The notes below the pieces were generated by a model. The model saw only the letters and a program-made list of their open reading frames with translations, was not told the DNA's origin and made no database searches. From Candidatus Parcubacteria bacterium (GTDB taxonomy: Bacteria > Patescibacteriota > Minisyncoccia > Phycocordibacterales > CAIZLB01), in the NCBI GenBank assembly GCA_043760135.1, contig JAYUPL010000005.1, positions 1 through 59,193 of the forward strand: a stretch of DNA of 59,193 nt. Direction: 5' to 3'. Within the stretch, counting starts at the first letter, position 1. Every line of letters starts with the position of its first letter. The position numbers and the translations under genes were made by a program. Of this stretch, positions 27,613 to 35,979 are shown piece after piece.

Positions 27613-28971
27613 TTAATCCATAACACCCTTCCTCGCCCATTTTTGCCACTTAACCTCTCGCCGTCTGACCATACCCCAAATAGACTTTACTAAAGCATTG
27701 AATTCAACGAATGTTACAAAGTAAAATAGTAACCATCCAATAGGCAGTAGGATATAAAATGACAAACCTTTCTTTGTTTCTTTATCGTCAAAAAACATTT
27801 GCACAAAAAACATCGTACTCACAACAATAACCCCTGAAATAAAAGATGAAAAATCATTTATCAAATAAGAATATATATAAAGAAAGGTTAAGAAAAATAT
27901 TTCCAGAGAAAGTTGAAGTTCTCCAAAATAAGAAAAAGGTAGGATGATCCAACTTAGAATTTTACGATGGTGTTTTTGAAAACTAAAAAATAGGTCCAGG
28001 TTTTGATTAAAGGTTTCAAAACGCCCACGTTTCCATCTCAATCTTTGATTTAAAAGACCTTGAACCTCATCAGCTCCCTCTGTATAAACCAATGCATCTG
28101 CGGCATATACAATTTTTAAGCCAGCACTCTGTATACGAACAGACAACTCTATATCTTCTGTTATATTCTTTGTATTATACACACCGACTTTTTCAAACGT
28201 TTCTCGACGAAAAGCCCCAGCAGCACCTCCTATAATATATATACTATTCATAATAGAATCAGCTTTTTTAAAATAAAAAGAAAAAAGAAATTCAAGATAT
28301 TGAATAACCCCAATTAGAGTATTTGTATTTCCAACTTTTACATTTCCTACAGCTGCCATAACCTCAGGATTAGCAAAATAACTCACAAATTTTTCTATGG
28401 TATTTTTACAAACAATACAGTCTGCATCTATTGATAATAGTATATCACCTTTAGATAACTCTATTGCTGTATTAAGTGCTGCACCCTTACCTTCATTATG
28501 CTTATAGTTATAAATTATTTCTATAGACTTTTTTACCCCTGATTTTTTAGAATTGTATTTTTCAATAAATGCTTTTATCAAGTTATCAGAATTATCCGTA
28601 GAACCATCATTTACTATAACTAGTTCTATATTTCTATATGTACTTTTTAACAAACTTCGAACCGTAGTAAGTATTCCAATTTCTTCATTCCAAGCAGGTA
28701 TCATAACCGATACCAGTGGTTTATATTTTTTAATCTTAAAGTAATTCTTTGCATTTGAAATAGCAACCGACACGTCATACCAAGGACTTATAAACATATA
28801 TAAAAAATATTTACCAAGGAGTATACTGGAGAAGAAAATAATTATACCTCTCAAAATAGGAAATTGATAATCGTTATTTGGTGTAAGTATAAAAACCGAA
28901 AAAATAATCTGAAAAGTAATCAAATAAAGTAAAATATAAATGGATATTTTATTGATTTTATTTTTATCCAT
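27613..28971 (-). CDS. processive family-2 glycosyltransferase (PNAG/cellulose/chitin-synthase-like)
   Basis: VSVMIPAWNEE, DGSTD, DADC and QRLRWKRG (QxxRW) motifs, with TM helices at both ends. ATG 28971 overlaps the upstream small ORF stop (ATGGATAA). The ORF could extend to 29022. Confidence 0.85.
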   Translation of the reverse strand: MDKNKINKISIYILLYLITFQIIFSVFILTPNNDYQFPILRGIIIFFSSILLGKYFLYMFISPWYDVSVAISNAKNYFKIKKYKPLVSVMIPAWNEEIGILTTVRSLLKSTYRNIELVIVNDGSTDNSDNLIKAFIEKYNSKKSGVKKSIEIIYNYKHNEGKGAALNTAIELSKGDILLSIDADCIVCKNTIEKFVSYFANPEVMAAVGNVKVGNTNTLIGVIQYLEFLFSFYFKKADSIMNSIYIIGGAAGAFRRETFEKVGVYNTKNITEDIELSVRIQSAGLKIVYAADALVYTEGADEVQGLLNQRLRWKRGRFETFNQNLDLFFSFQKHHRKILSWIILPFSYFGELQLSLEIFFLTFLYIYSYLINDFSSFISGVIVVSTMFFVQMFFDDKETKKGLSFYILLPIGWLLFYFVTFVEFNALVKSIWGMVRRREVKWQKWARKGVMD

Positions 28972-29212
28972 GATTTTTTTCATGCTTATTACAATTAATA
29001 ACATATATACAAATCTTCGCATAAATATTTGAAATTATAATTAATATTATAAATATTGTTATAACTCTATATGAAGTATTTGGAAATGTAGATATCAAAT
29101 AATAACCGATAAAACTTAAAAAAACCAAAGATACTGTCATTAACAAGACTGCTGGTATGATCATACGTATGAATTTGATTGTTCTATCGATCTTCATATC
29201 TAAATTATACAC
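28964..29212 (-). CDS. small two-TM membrane protein, translationally coupled to the GT2 gene
   Basis: 82-aa ORF with two hydrophobic helices and an 8-nt overlap with the GT2 start. Confidence 0.45.
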   Translation of the reverse strand: MYNLDMKIDRTIKFIRMIIPAVLLMTVSLVFLSFIGYYLISTFPNTSYRVITIFIILIIISNIYAKICIYVINCNKHEKNHG

Positions 29213-29356
29213 TATTTTTTAAAAACGTCAAGTACCGTTAGTATACAGATTCCAAATAAGGCAATATATTCAAGGTAGAATGACTATATACTTTTATACC
29301 TTGTAAGACTTATACGTATTTGTAAAAAAATAAAACTACTGTTTCGTTGAACGGTT

Positions 29357-29453
29357 TTATTAACGACGTAGAGTGAGAGAAACAAAAGTGATTACACTTT
29401 TGTTTCCGAACCGAGGAAGTTAACTTTCAATACCCCAAGGCTCTGCGTCGGGG
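29357..29453 (+). repeat. E1 structured repeat, copy 2; candidate small RNA gene or MITE-like element
   Basis: Inverted copy of 1-97 with a 12-bp hairpin at 29379-29406. TTGAAC-16-TAGAGT lies at 29347-29374, and a 3' hairpin ACCCC...GGGGT (29432-29454) is followed by a T-rich tract. Confidence 0.8.
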
Positions 29454-29476
29454 TGTATTCATTTTATTGTGTTTGT

Positions 29477-30508
29477 TTACCCCATCTTCTCCATCACCTT
29501 CTCCACATGTTTCAACAAACTATGTGTATACCCCCCTTCATTATCATACCAAGCAAGCACTTTCACCAAATTTCCATCAGCAACCCGTGTCATCGAAAGA
29601 TCAGCGATCGATGCATGAGGGTTTCCAACAATGTCATGAGATACCAATTGTTCTCTTGTTGTTGTAAACACACCGCTCCATTTAGATTCTTTAGCAGCCT
29701 CTTCTAGAATAGTATTCACTTCTTCTTTTGTAGTATTTCTCTTTGAGATAAATGTAATGTCAGCAATAGAACCAGTTACCACAGGAACACGAACTGCAAT
29801 ACCATCGAATTTTCCTTCAAGATCAGTTATAACCTTAGCAACTGCAATAGCAGCACCGGTTGATGATGGTGCCATATTGTTAGGTGCAGACCTTCCCTCT
29901 CTCCAGTCTTTTTTATTTGGACCATCAACAAGTGACTGACTCGCAGTGTATGCATGGGTTGTATTTAATAGTGCCTTCTCTATACCGAGTGTTTTATTTA
30001 AAATATCAATAACCGGTGATGATGCATTTGTAGTACATGACGCGTTTGACGTAATGAGGATTGATGTGTCGTTTAGCACATCCTCGTTGATTCCCATCAA
30101 TACTGTTGCACCTTTTACATCAGATTCTTCATCTTTTGCAGGAGCCGACAATACAACTCTTTTTGCTCCAGCTTTTATGTGTGCATTAGCTTTTGCATAA
30201 CTTGTAAAAAATCCAGTTGATTCCAAAACAACATCCACTGCCAAATCTTTCCACGGTAGAAGTGCGGGATCTTTCTCTGATAAATATTTTACCTTTTGAC
30301 CATTAACGATTAGATTTGAACCTTCTTTGTCAACTTGTATGTCAAGTTTGCTTTGACCATAAGCTGTATCATATTTCATCAAGTAGGCGATATTTTCAAT
30401 ATCGGCCAAATCGTTGATTGCTACTATATTTATATCTTTATTTTCTACAGCAAGTTTTAAGAATGCACGGCCAATTCTTCCTGCTCCGTTTATTGCGATG
30501 TTTTTCAT
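29477..30508 (-). CDS. gap: type I glyceraldehyde-3-phosphate dehydrogenase
   Basis: 343 aa with INGAGRIGR and the SNASCTTNA active site. Confidence 0.95.
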   Translation of the reverse strand: MKNIAINGAGRIGRAFLKLAVENKDINIVAINDLADIENIAYLMKYDTAYGQSKLDIQVDKEGSNLIVNGQKVKYLSEKDPALLPWKDLAVDVVLESTGFFTSYAKANAHIKAGAKRVVLSAPAKDEESDVKGATVLMGINEDVLNDTSILITSNASCTTNASSPVIDILNKTLGIEKALLNTTHAYTASQSLVDGPNKKDWREGRSAPNNMAPSSTGAAIAVAKVITDLEGKFDGIAVRVPVVTGSIADITFISKRNTTKEEVNTILEEAAKESKWSGVFTTTREQLVSHDIVGNPHASIADLSMTRVADGNLVKVLAWYDNEGGYTHSLLKHVEKVMEKMG

Positions 30509-30530
30509 GGGGTTTATTTTAGCATATTAC

Positions 30531-30562
30531 AAAAGAAAACGCCCCGGACTTTCGTCCGGAGG
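30531..30562 (-). terminator. rho-independent terminator of GC-rich cassette 4
   Basis: The minus strand reads CCTCCGGAC-GAAA-GTCCGGGG followed by CGTTTTCTTTT. Confidence 0.75.
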
Positions 30563-30580
30563 TTGAGGCTTGCTGATTGT

Positions 30581-30769
30581 TTACCATCGCTGGCCGCCTC
30601 CGCTGTAGGCAATGCCCATTGGGTGCATCTTGCGCATCCGACGGCGGATCGAGGTATCATCGAGGCAGTCGACAGGTTTGCGGTTATTTGAAGTTCGATT
30701 GATCGACCGGTCGCTGATCATCCAATCTTCCGCGGGTGTTCTGTGGGTATTTTTTTTGTTTCTGGCCAT
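30581..30769 (-). CDS. small basic hypothetical protein (GC-rich cassette 4)
   Basis: 62 aa from MARNKKNTHR... to ...IRRRMRKMHPMGIAYSGGGQRW. G+C is about 58% in a hand-counted 60-nt sample. The ORF in the track extends to 30832 through AT-rich promoter-like sequence. Confidence 0.4.
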   Translation of the reverse strand: MARNKKNTHRTPAEDWMISDRSINRTSNNRKPVDCLDDTSIRRRMRKMHPMGIAYSGGGQRW

Positions 30770-30888
30770 GGTGCAATGTGGAGTAGTTGTTGTCCACAAA
30801 GATATATTGTCATGAGGTAAAAAATAAGTCAATATTTTATTTTTCTTTTGAAAATCTTTATCTTCTCTTCAGGTCTTCTTTATGATGT

Positions 30889-31302
30889 TTGTGGAACAAT
30901 AGGTTGGTGGAATATACCAAAATCAGAGAAATTATAGAAAAGGCAAAATCTGAGTATAAAAATATTGGAAAGGTGTTTTGTCCGTATCTAAATCAACATA
31001 TTATATTCACAGAAAGAGGTTTTAGTCATTTGATTTACAAAGACCGCGATATGAGACCATATCATGAAATAATAAACAGACTAAATTCACTTAAATTTGT
31101 ACCCAAAATACTTTCTAAATCTGGAACACTACAAGAATACGAAAAAAGAGATGTTCAATACTTTGGTTTTATAGCAATAATAAGTTCTAAAAAATATAAA
31201 GTTGTAATTTTAAAAGATATTACCAATGAATATAGATTTGTATCCGTAATTCCTAAACATCGAACTGGTACGCGAGATGACATCAAAAAACCCATCCCGT
31301 AA
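30889..31302 (+). CDS. hypothetical protein (start uncertain: TTG 30889 or GTG 30907)
   Basis: 137-aa AT-rich ORF divergent from cassette 4. The FTERGFSHLIYK...KYKVVILKD...YRFVSVIP pattern is vaguely reminiscent of small Barnase/EndoU/RelE-fold nucleases. This is not verified. Confidence 0.5.
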   Translation: MWNNRLVEYTKIREIIEKAKSEYKNIGKVFCPYLNQHIIFTERGFSHLIYKDRDMRPYHEIINRLNSLKFVPKILSKSGTLQEYEKRDVQYFGFIAIISSKKYKVVILKDITNEYRFVSVIPKHRTGTRDDIKKPIP

Positions 31303-31318
31303 AGAATGAGTTTTTAGA

Positions 31319-31381
31319 ACATGTTCGATCTCGGCCTGGAAGCTTCGTAGCCGATAGGGACTAAAAAATCCACGAACATGT
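31319..31381. other. GC-rich nested stem-loop element in a convergent intergenic region
   Basis: ACATGTTCG (31319-31327) pairs with CGAACATGT (31373-31381), enclosing TCGGC (31331-31335) paired with GCCGA (31350-31354). No flanking U-tract. Confidence 0.5.
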
Positions 31382-31415
31382 AAGTATAATATTACACTGT
31401 GAGATATTTTGCAAA

Positions 31416-31919
31416 CTACTCAACATCCCTCAATTTTTCCAAAAACGGATCACTATTCATAACCTCAACCGTCCCAGCTTCTGCAATATCAATGTTTAAA
31501 ATACCGTCAAGATGATCGTATTCATGTTGTAAAAGTCGAGCTATAAAACCATCATATTCTTTTATATTAAAATTCCCATGTTCATCCGTATACTCCATGG
31601 TTATATTTTTCGATCTTTTTACATCACCCCACATTGGAGCACAACTTAAACAACCTTCTCTGTATAAATTTTGTTCTTGTGATTTTTTTATAATTTTTGG
31701 ATTAATATAAATTTGAAAATTATCTTCTACAAATGTTACGAAAACGGATTTGTTTTCACCTATTTGCGGAGCAGCTAGTCCTCGACCTCGACCGGTTTTT
31801 TCCCTATATTCTTTTAAGACTTTTATCAGGAAATGGCCAATCACAACCCCTTGTCGAAAATCGGCGTCAATGGTTTTTTCTCTGAGAACCGGATTACCAA
31901 CTTTTACAATTTCTTCCAT
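31416..31919 (-). CDS. def: peptide deformylase
   Basis: 167 aa with GLAAPQIG, EGCLS and HEYDHLDG motifs. Confidence 0.9.
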   Translation of the reverse strand: MEEIVKVGNPVLREKTIDADFRQGVVIGHFLIKVLKEYREKTGRGRGLAAPQIGENKSVFVTFVEDNFQIYINPKIIKKSQEQNLYREGCLSCAPMWGDVKRSKNITMEYTDEHGNFNIKEYDGFIARLLQHEYDHLDGILNIDIAEAGTVEVMNSDPFLEKLRDVE

Positions 31920-31920
31920 A

Positions 31921-33411
31921 TTATTTCAATGCACTCTTTAACGCCTCCTGTGCTGTTGCCGGATTGATCGCGCCCTTTCCTTCTTTCATCACCTTTCCTA
32001 CGAGGTACATCAACAATGCTTCTTTCCCAGCTTTATAATCATCAACCTGAGTTGAGTTGTTCTGTATAACTTCTTTGATAATATTATTTAAAAATTCTGG
32101 ATCAGCCTTAATAATCAAACCTTTTTCCTCGGCAATATCTTTAGCTTTTCTGTTCCTTAATTCTTCCTCAGCTTTCCATAGCAAAGTTATCATATCTTTT
32201 GCTCCACGAGATGATAATTCTTCTGCACCGATCATATTGATAATATCAACAAATTGATCCATATTTACATACTCATTCAATTCACCCTTAACGGCTGTTT
32301 CTTTTTTTATAAGCCCAGCAATATCAGAAGTAATATAGTTTACTGATAATTTTTGCAGCTTTTCATCTTTTATAAGTTCTAAAATCTTCTCAAAATAATG
32401 ACCATAGAAAGAATCAGATACAAACATTTCCACATCCTCATTTTTTAAACCAAGAGCGGTGTATTTTTCCCTTTTTGTATTTGGTAAAATTGGCAAACCA
32501 GCTTTCAAGATCTCAAGATTAAATTCTGGAATTTTTGAAATATACAATTTTGGTAAATCTGGATCTGGAAAATATCTGTAGTCGTTAGCATTTTCTTTTA
32601 TTCTTTGTGAAAATGTTTTTCCGGTCGCATCGTCATACCCCCGAGTTTCCTGGACCACTTTTCCACCTGATTCTATAAGTTCTTGTTGTCTTTTTATTTC
32701 GTACTCGATAGATTTTTCAGCTACACGAAATGAGTTCAGGTTTTTAATCTCAACTTTTGTTCCCCAAGGCTCACCTTCTTTATGTATTGAAATGTTTACC
32801 TCAACACGCATTTGACCAAGTTCCATGTTTGCATCTGACACATCGAGTGTTCTTAAAAGTAACTGTAATTCTCTTCCAAAATTTCCTGCCATAACAGAGT
32901 CATATATAACCGCATCGGTCACCAATTCCATTAAAGGTAGTCCAGCCCGGTTATAATCAACAAGAGAATAATCTCCTTTATCATGTGATGAGCGGGCTGT
33001 ATCTTCTTCTAAGTGGATACGAGTTAAAGTTACATCAACATCATTTCCTTTGGCGTCTTTAACTTTAACTTTTCCTTTTTGAACAAGAGGATATGCATAT
33101 TGAGAAATCTGATAGCCTTTTGGTATATCCGGATAAAAATAATTCTTTCTATCCCATTCAGTAAAGTCAGCAATCTCGGCATCAACTGCAAGTCCAACTT
33201 TCAAAACATTTTGTATTGCTTGTTTGTTTAAGGTTGGAAGCGTTCCAGGGTGTGCCATACAGATCGGGCAGATGTGGATGTTTGGATTTCTTTCGAGAGG
33301 GTCGTTGAGACATGAACAAAACATCTTGGTCTTTGTTTTCAATTCAGCATGTATTTCAAGGCCGATTACAGGTATGTAGGCAGATGTATTCATATCTCTT
33401 ATTTTTAGCAC
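31921..33411 (-). CDS. gatB: Asp-tRNA(Asn)/Glu-tRNA(Gln) amidotransferase subunit B
   Basis: 496 aa with VIGLEIHAEL and CPICMAHPGTLP motifs and a C-terminal YqeY-like tail. Confidence 0.95.
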   Translation of the reverse strand: MLKIRDMNTSAYIPVIGLEIHAELKTKTKMFCSCLNDPLERNPNIHICPICMAHPGTLPTLNKQAIQNVLKVGLAVDAEIADFTEWDRKNYFYPDIPKGYQISQYAYPLVQKGKVKVKDAKGNDVDVTLTRIHLEEDTARSSHDKGDYSLVDYNRAGLPLMELVTDAVIYDSVMAGNFGRELQLLLRTLDVSDANMELGQMRVEVNISIHKEGEPWGTKVEIKNLNSFRVAEKSIEYEIKRQQELIESGGKVVQETRGYDDATGKTFSQRIKENANDYRYFPDPDLPKLYISKIPEFNLEILKAGLPILPNTKREKYTALGLKNEDVEMFVSDSFYGHYFEKILELIKDEKLQKLSVNYITSDIAGLIKKETAVKGELNEYVNMDQFVDIINMIGAEELSSRGAKDMITLLWKAEEELRNRKAKDIAEEKGLIIKADPEFLNNIIKEVIQNNSTQVDDYKAGKEALLMYLVGKVMKEGKGAINPATAQEALKSALK

Positions 33412-33423
33412 ATTTTAGGCAAA

Positions 33424-33468
33424 TGAAAAAGCACCCCGCCGCGATTGCGACAAAGGTGGTTTGGGGGT
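33424..33468 (-). terminator. probable terminator of GC-rich cassette 5
   Basis: The minus strand has a CCCC...GGGG compound hairpin followed by TGCTTTTTCATTT. Confidence 0.5.
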
Positions 33469-33485
33469 TGAAAAATCAACATGGT

Positions 33486-34022
33486 TCAATTCGGGACCTT
33501 AACGACGACCGTCATCCTACAAAAGAGGTCAGTGATACGAGTCAGGAATGATCGACGCTTTATCCTCGGTATGAGTGGTGGATAAGTAGCAACAACTGCT
33601 GAAGTTGCCTCGTCATAGTGCAGACGAATTTCCCTCTCACAATTTTCATGATGCACTATAAAGTATATATCTGTATCCTTCTCGAGACAGATAACACTCA
33701 AAGTGCAGACACGAGTGGCAAAAGGTTGGACTTGGACCATGCCGAAGTCATATGCTTCTTCGGGCCAATCAATTGCTCCATGAGTAAGGACAGCAATTAG
33801 AACCCTATTGGCATTTTGTTCGGGCTGATTGTCTTTGGCCAAAAAGGTCTTATTGTTGGTCAAAAACCCATCATAGACGAGGCCGTCGTTAGAGGTTTGG
33901 ATTGCTCGATATGGACAATCTGGACCAAAACCCCGCAACAACAGAGCATGCCTATGAAATTTCCAACCCGGCCTGACCAGAGGAGCAGCATCGTGAGAAA
34001 CATTAACAGAAAAAAGCTTCAT
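33486..34022 (-). CDS. hypothetical protein (GC-rich cassette 5)
   Basis: 178-aa ORF, G+C about 47%, no recognisable motif, with a basic patch RIKRRSF near the C-terminus. Confidence 0.6.
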   Translation of the reverse strand: MKLFSVNVSHDAAPLVRPGWKFHRHALLLRGFGPDCPYRAIQTSNDGLVYDGFLTNNKTFLAKDNQPEQNANRVLIAVLTHGAIDWPEEAYDFGMVQVQPFATRVCTLSVICLEKDTDIYFIVHHENCEREIRLHYDEATSAVVATYPPLIPRIKRRSFLTRITDLFCRMTVVVKVPN

Positions 34023-34124
34023 AAGGTTGTTTTAAATAGGTTGTTTATGATTATCAAAACGCATTACCAGACTCTACCTTGAGTTGGTTCTAATACCATA
34101 ACACGATGAATGCAGAATGACAAA

Positions 34125-35159
34125 TTACTCCGCAACCTTTTGATCCTCTCTAACCGCCTTCACCAACCAATCTCCAAGCTCTTTTAGATTATCAAAATCA
34201 TAGATCGAAACGATTTTAATATCATCATCATGAACTTTTAATTTCTTCATAAATTCTGCTGCCTTAACTTTTGAATCTTCAACTCCTAAAATATCACTCT
34301 TTGTTAAAAGAATAATTTCAGTTTTATTTAATAGTTCAGGATCAAATTCTTTCAACTCATTTCTAATCACATTGTAGACATCAACCATTTCCTCAACTGT
34401 TTGTTCCAAAGAAACACAGTGACAAAGCATTTTTGTTCGTCTTATATGTCTTAAAAATTTATGACCTAACCCTTTTCCATCTGATGCACCTTCAATAAGT
34501 CCTGGAATGTCAGCAAGTACAACGTCATATATAGTTCCTAGGTTTGGTTCAAGTGTGGTGAAAGAATAGTTTCCAACTTTTACATCAGCTTTTGTAAGCG
34601 CATTTAAAAGAGATGATTTTCCAGCGTTTGGCAGTCCAATAAGACCTACATCCGCAATCATTTGTACTTCTATATGATATCTACCTTCTTCTCCTGGTTT
34701 TCCTGGTGTCCATTCTTCAGGCTTTTGATTTGTTGAACCTTTGAAGTGTTCATTTCCAAGCCCTCCTGATCCACCTTTTAATATACGAATAGTTTGTCCA
34801 ACCTCTGTAAGCTCAATCTCAGGCATAACGATAGTATCAGTATCATGAATATTGATATCTTCTATTCTTTTAATAATAGTTCCTATTGGCAGATCAATAT
34901 ATAAATCCTCTCCACCTTTTCCATCACAAGAGTCACCTCCTCCGTATGCTCCATCTTGGGCAAAAAATTCTATACGGTGAGCATATTTTCTCAAGTAAAA
35001 AGTGTCCGCTACTGCACGGATAAACACATCACCTCCACGACCACCATTACCTCCTGAAGGTCCACCAAACTCCTTTGCATATTCATGCAACCAGCGAACA
35101 ACCCCGTTGCCTCCATGGCCGGCTTTGATGTGTATTTTCATTTCGTCTATAAATGTCAT
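34125..35159 (-). CDS. obg: GTPase Obg/CgtA
   Basis: 344 aa with a Gly-rich Obg fold (GGNGGRGGDV), GLPNAGKSS and DIPGLIEGA motifs. Confidence 0.95.
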   Translation of the reverse strand: MTFIDEMKIHIKAGHGGNGVVRWLHEYAKEFGGPSGGNGGRGGDVFIRAVADTFYLRKYAHRIEFFAQDGAYGGGDSCDGKGGEDLYIDLPIGTIIKRIEDINIHDTDTIVMPEIELTEVGQTIRILKGGSGGLGNEHFKGSTNQKPEEWTPGKPGEEGRYHIEVQMIADVGLIGLPNAGKSSLLNALTKADVKVGNYSFTTLEPNLGTIYDVVLADIPGLIEGASDGKGLGHKFLRHIRRTKMLCHCVSLEQTVEEMVDVYNVIRNELKEFDPELLNKTEIILLTKSDILGVEDSKVKAAEFMKKLKVHDDDIKIVSIYDFDNLKELGDWLVKAVREDQKVAE

Positions 35160-35304
35160 GGGTAGAGTGTAGCATAGAAAGTTGAGAAAATCTTTATCTA
35201 AACTTTAGAATTTCTTTGGGAAAACTTTATACCTGTGATGATAAAATATTTGATATATTAATTGTAAAAAGTTAATATATATATAAAATAATAACCAAAA
35301 AAAT

Positions 35305-35979
35305 ATGAGAATACTTTTGATCGAAGATGATATTGATTTAGCAACAGCCTTAGTAGAATCTTTGGAGGCACACAACATTATTGTTGATACATGCAACGAT
35401 GGAGAATCTGGATCTTACATAGCTAGGACAAATAGTTATGATTTAATTTTGATGGACAATATTTTACCAAAAAAACTTGGTATACATATTTGTCGAGAAT
35501 TAAGGAATTTAAACAATGCAACTCCTATACTTTTTATGAGTATACAAAATGATGTTACTGATAAGATTAAATTCTTAGATGCCGGGGCAGATGACTGCAT
35601 TGCAAAACCTTTTTCTACAAATGAATTAGTTGCTCGAATAAAAGCTATTGGAAGAAGATCATATAATATAAAACAAGATATTCTTACGTTAGACGATGTC
35701 ACCATTGATAGGGATAATTACTTGGTTTGCAAAAAAGGTAAACCTGTTTATTTTACAAGAAAAGAGTTTATGATACTGGAACAAATTGCCGAGAAACCGG
35801 GACAAGTTATAACCAGAACAGAGATAATGGAGCGTGTATGGAAAAAAGATTTTAATCCGTTTTCCAATACAATAGAAACCCATATTCGAAACATACGAAA
35901 AAAGATTGACGGAAAATATAAGAAAAAGATTGAAACCATTCCTGGACGAGGATATAGAATCAAAAAAAACTACCTCTAA
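35305..35979 (+). CDS. OmpR/PhoB-family response regulator (no kinase gene nearby)
   Basis: 224 aa with a receiver domain (LILMDNILP, KPF) and a winged-helix output (TIETHIRNIRKKI, RGYRI). Confidence 0.9.
   Translation: MRILLIEDDIDLATALVESLEAHNIIVDTCNDGESGSYIARTNSYDLILMDNILPKKLGIHICRELRNLNNATPILFMSIQNDVTDKIKFLDAGADDCIAKPFSTNELVARIKAIGRRSYNIKQDILTLDDVTIDRDNYLVCKKGKPVYFTRKEFMILEQIAEKPGQVITRTEIMERVWKKDFNPFSNTIETHIRNIRKKIDGKYKKKIETIPGRGYRIKKNYL

Noticed and set aside
29357-29453. E1 as a 5S rRNA gene. CCGAACCGAGGAAGTTAAC resembles the 5S loop C/helix III consensus CCGAAC..GGAAGTTAAGC.
   Set aside because: No complementary strand exists for helix III (no CTCG upstream). There is no loop E GATGGTAGT-like segment. 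The element is under 100 nt, and its dominant hairpin has no 5S counterpart.
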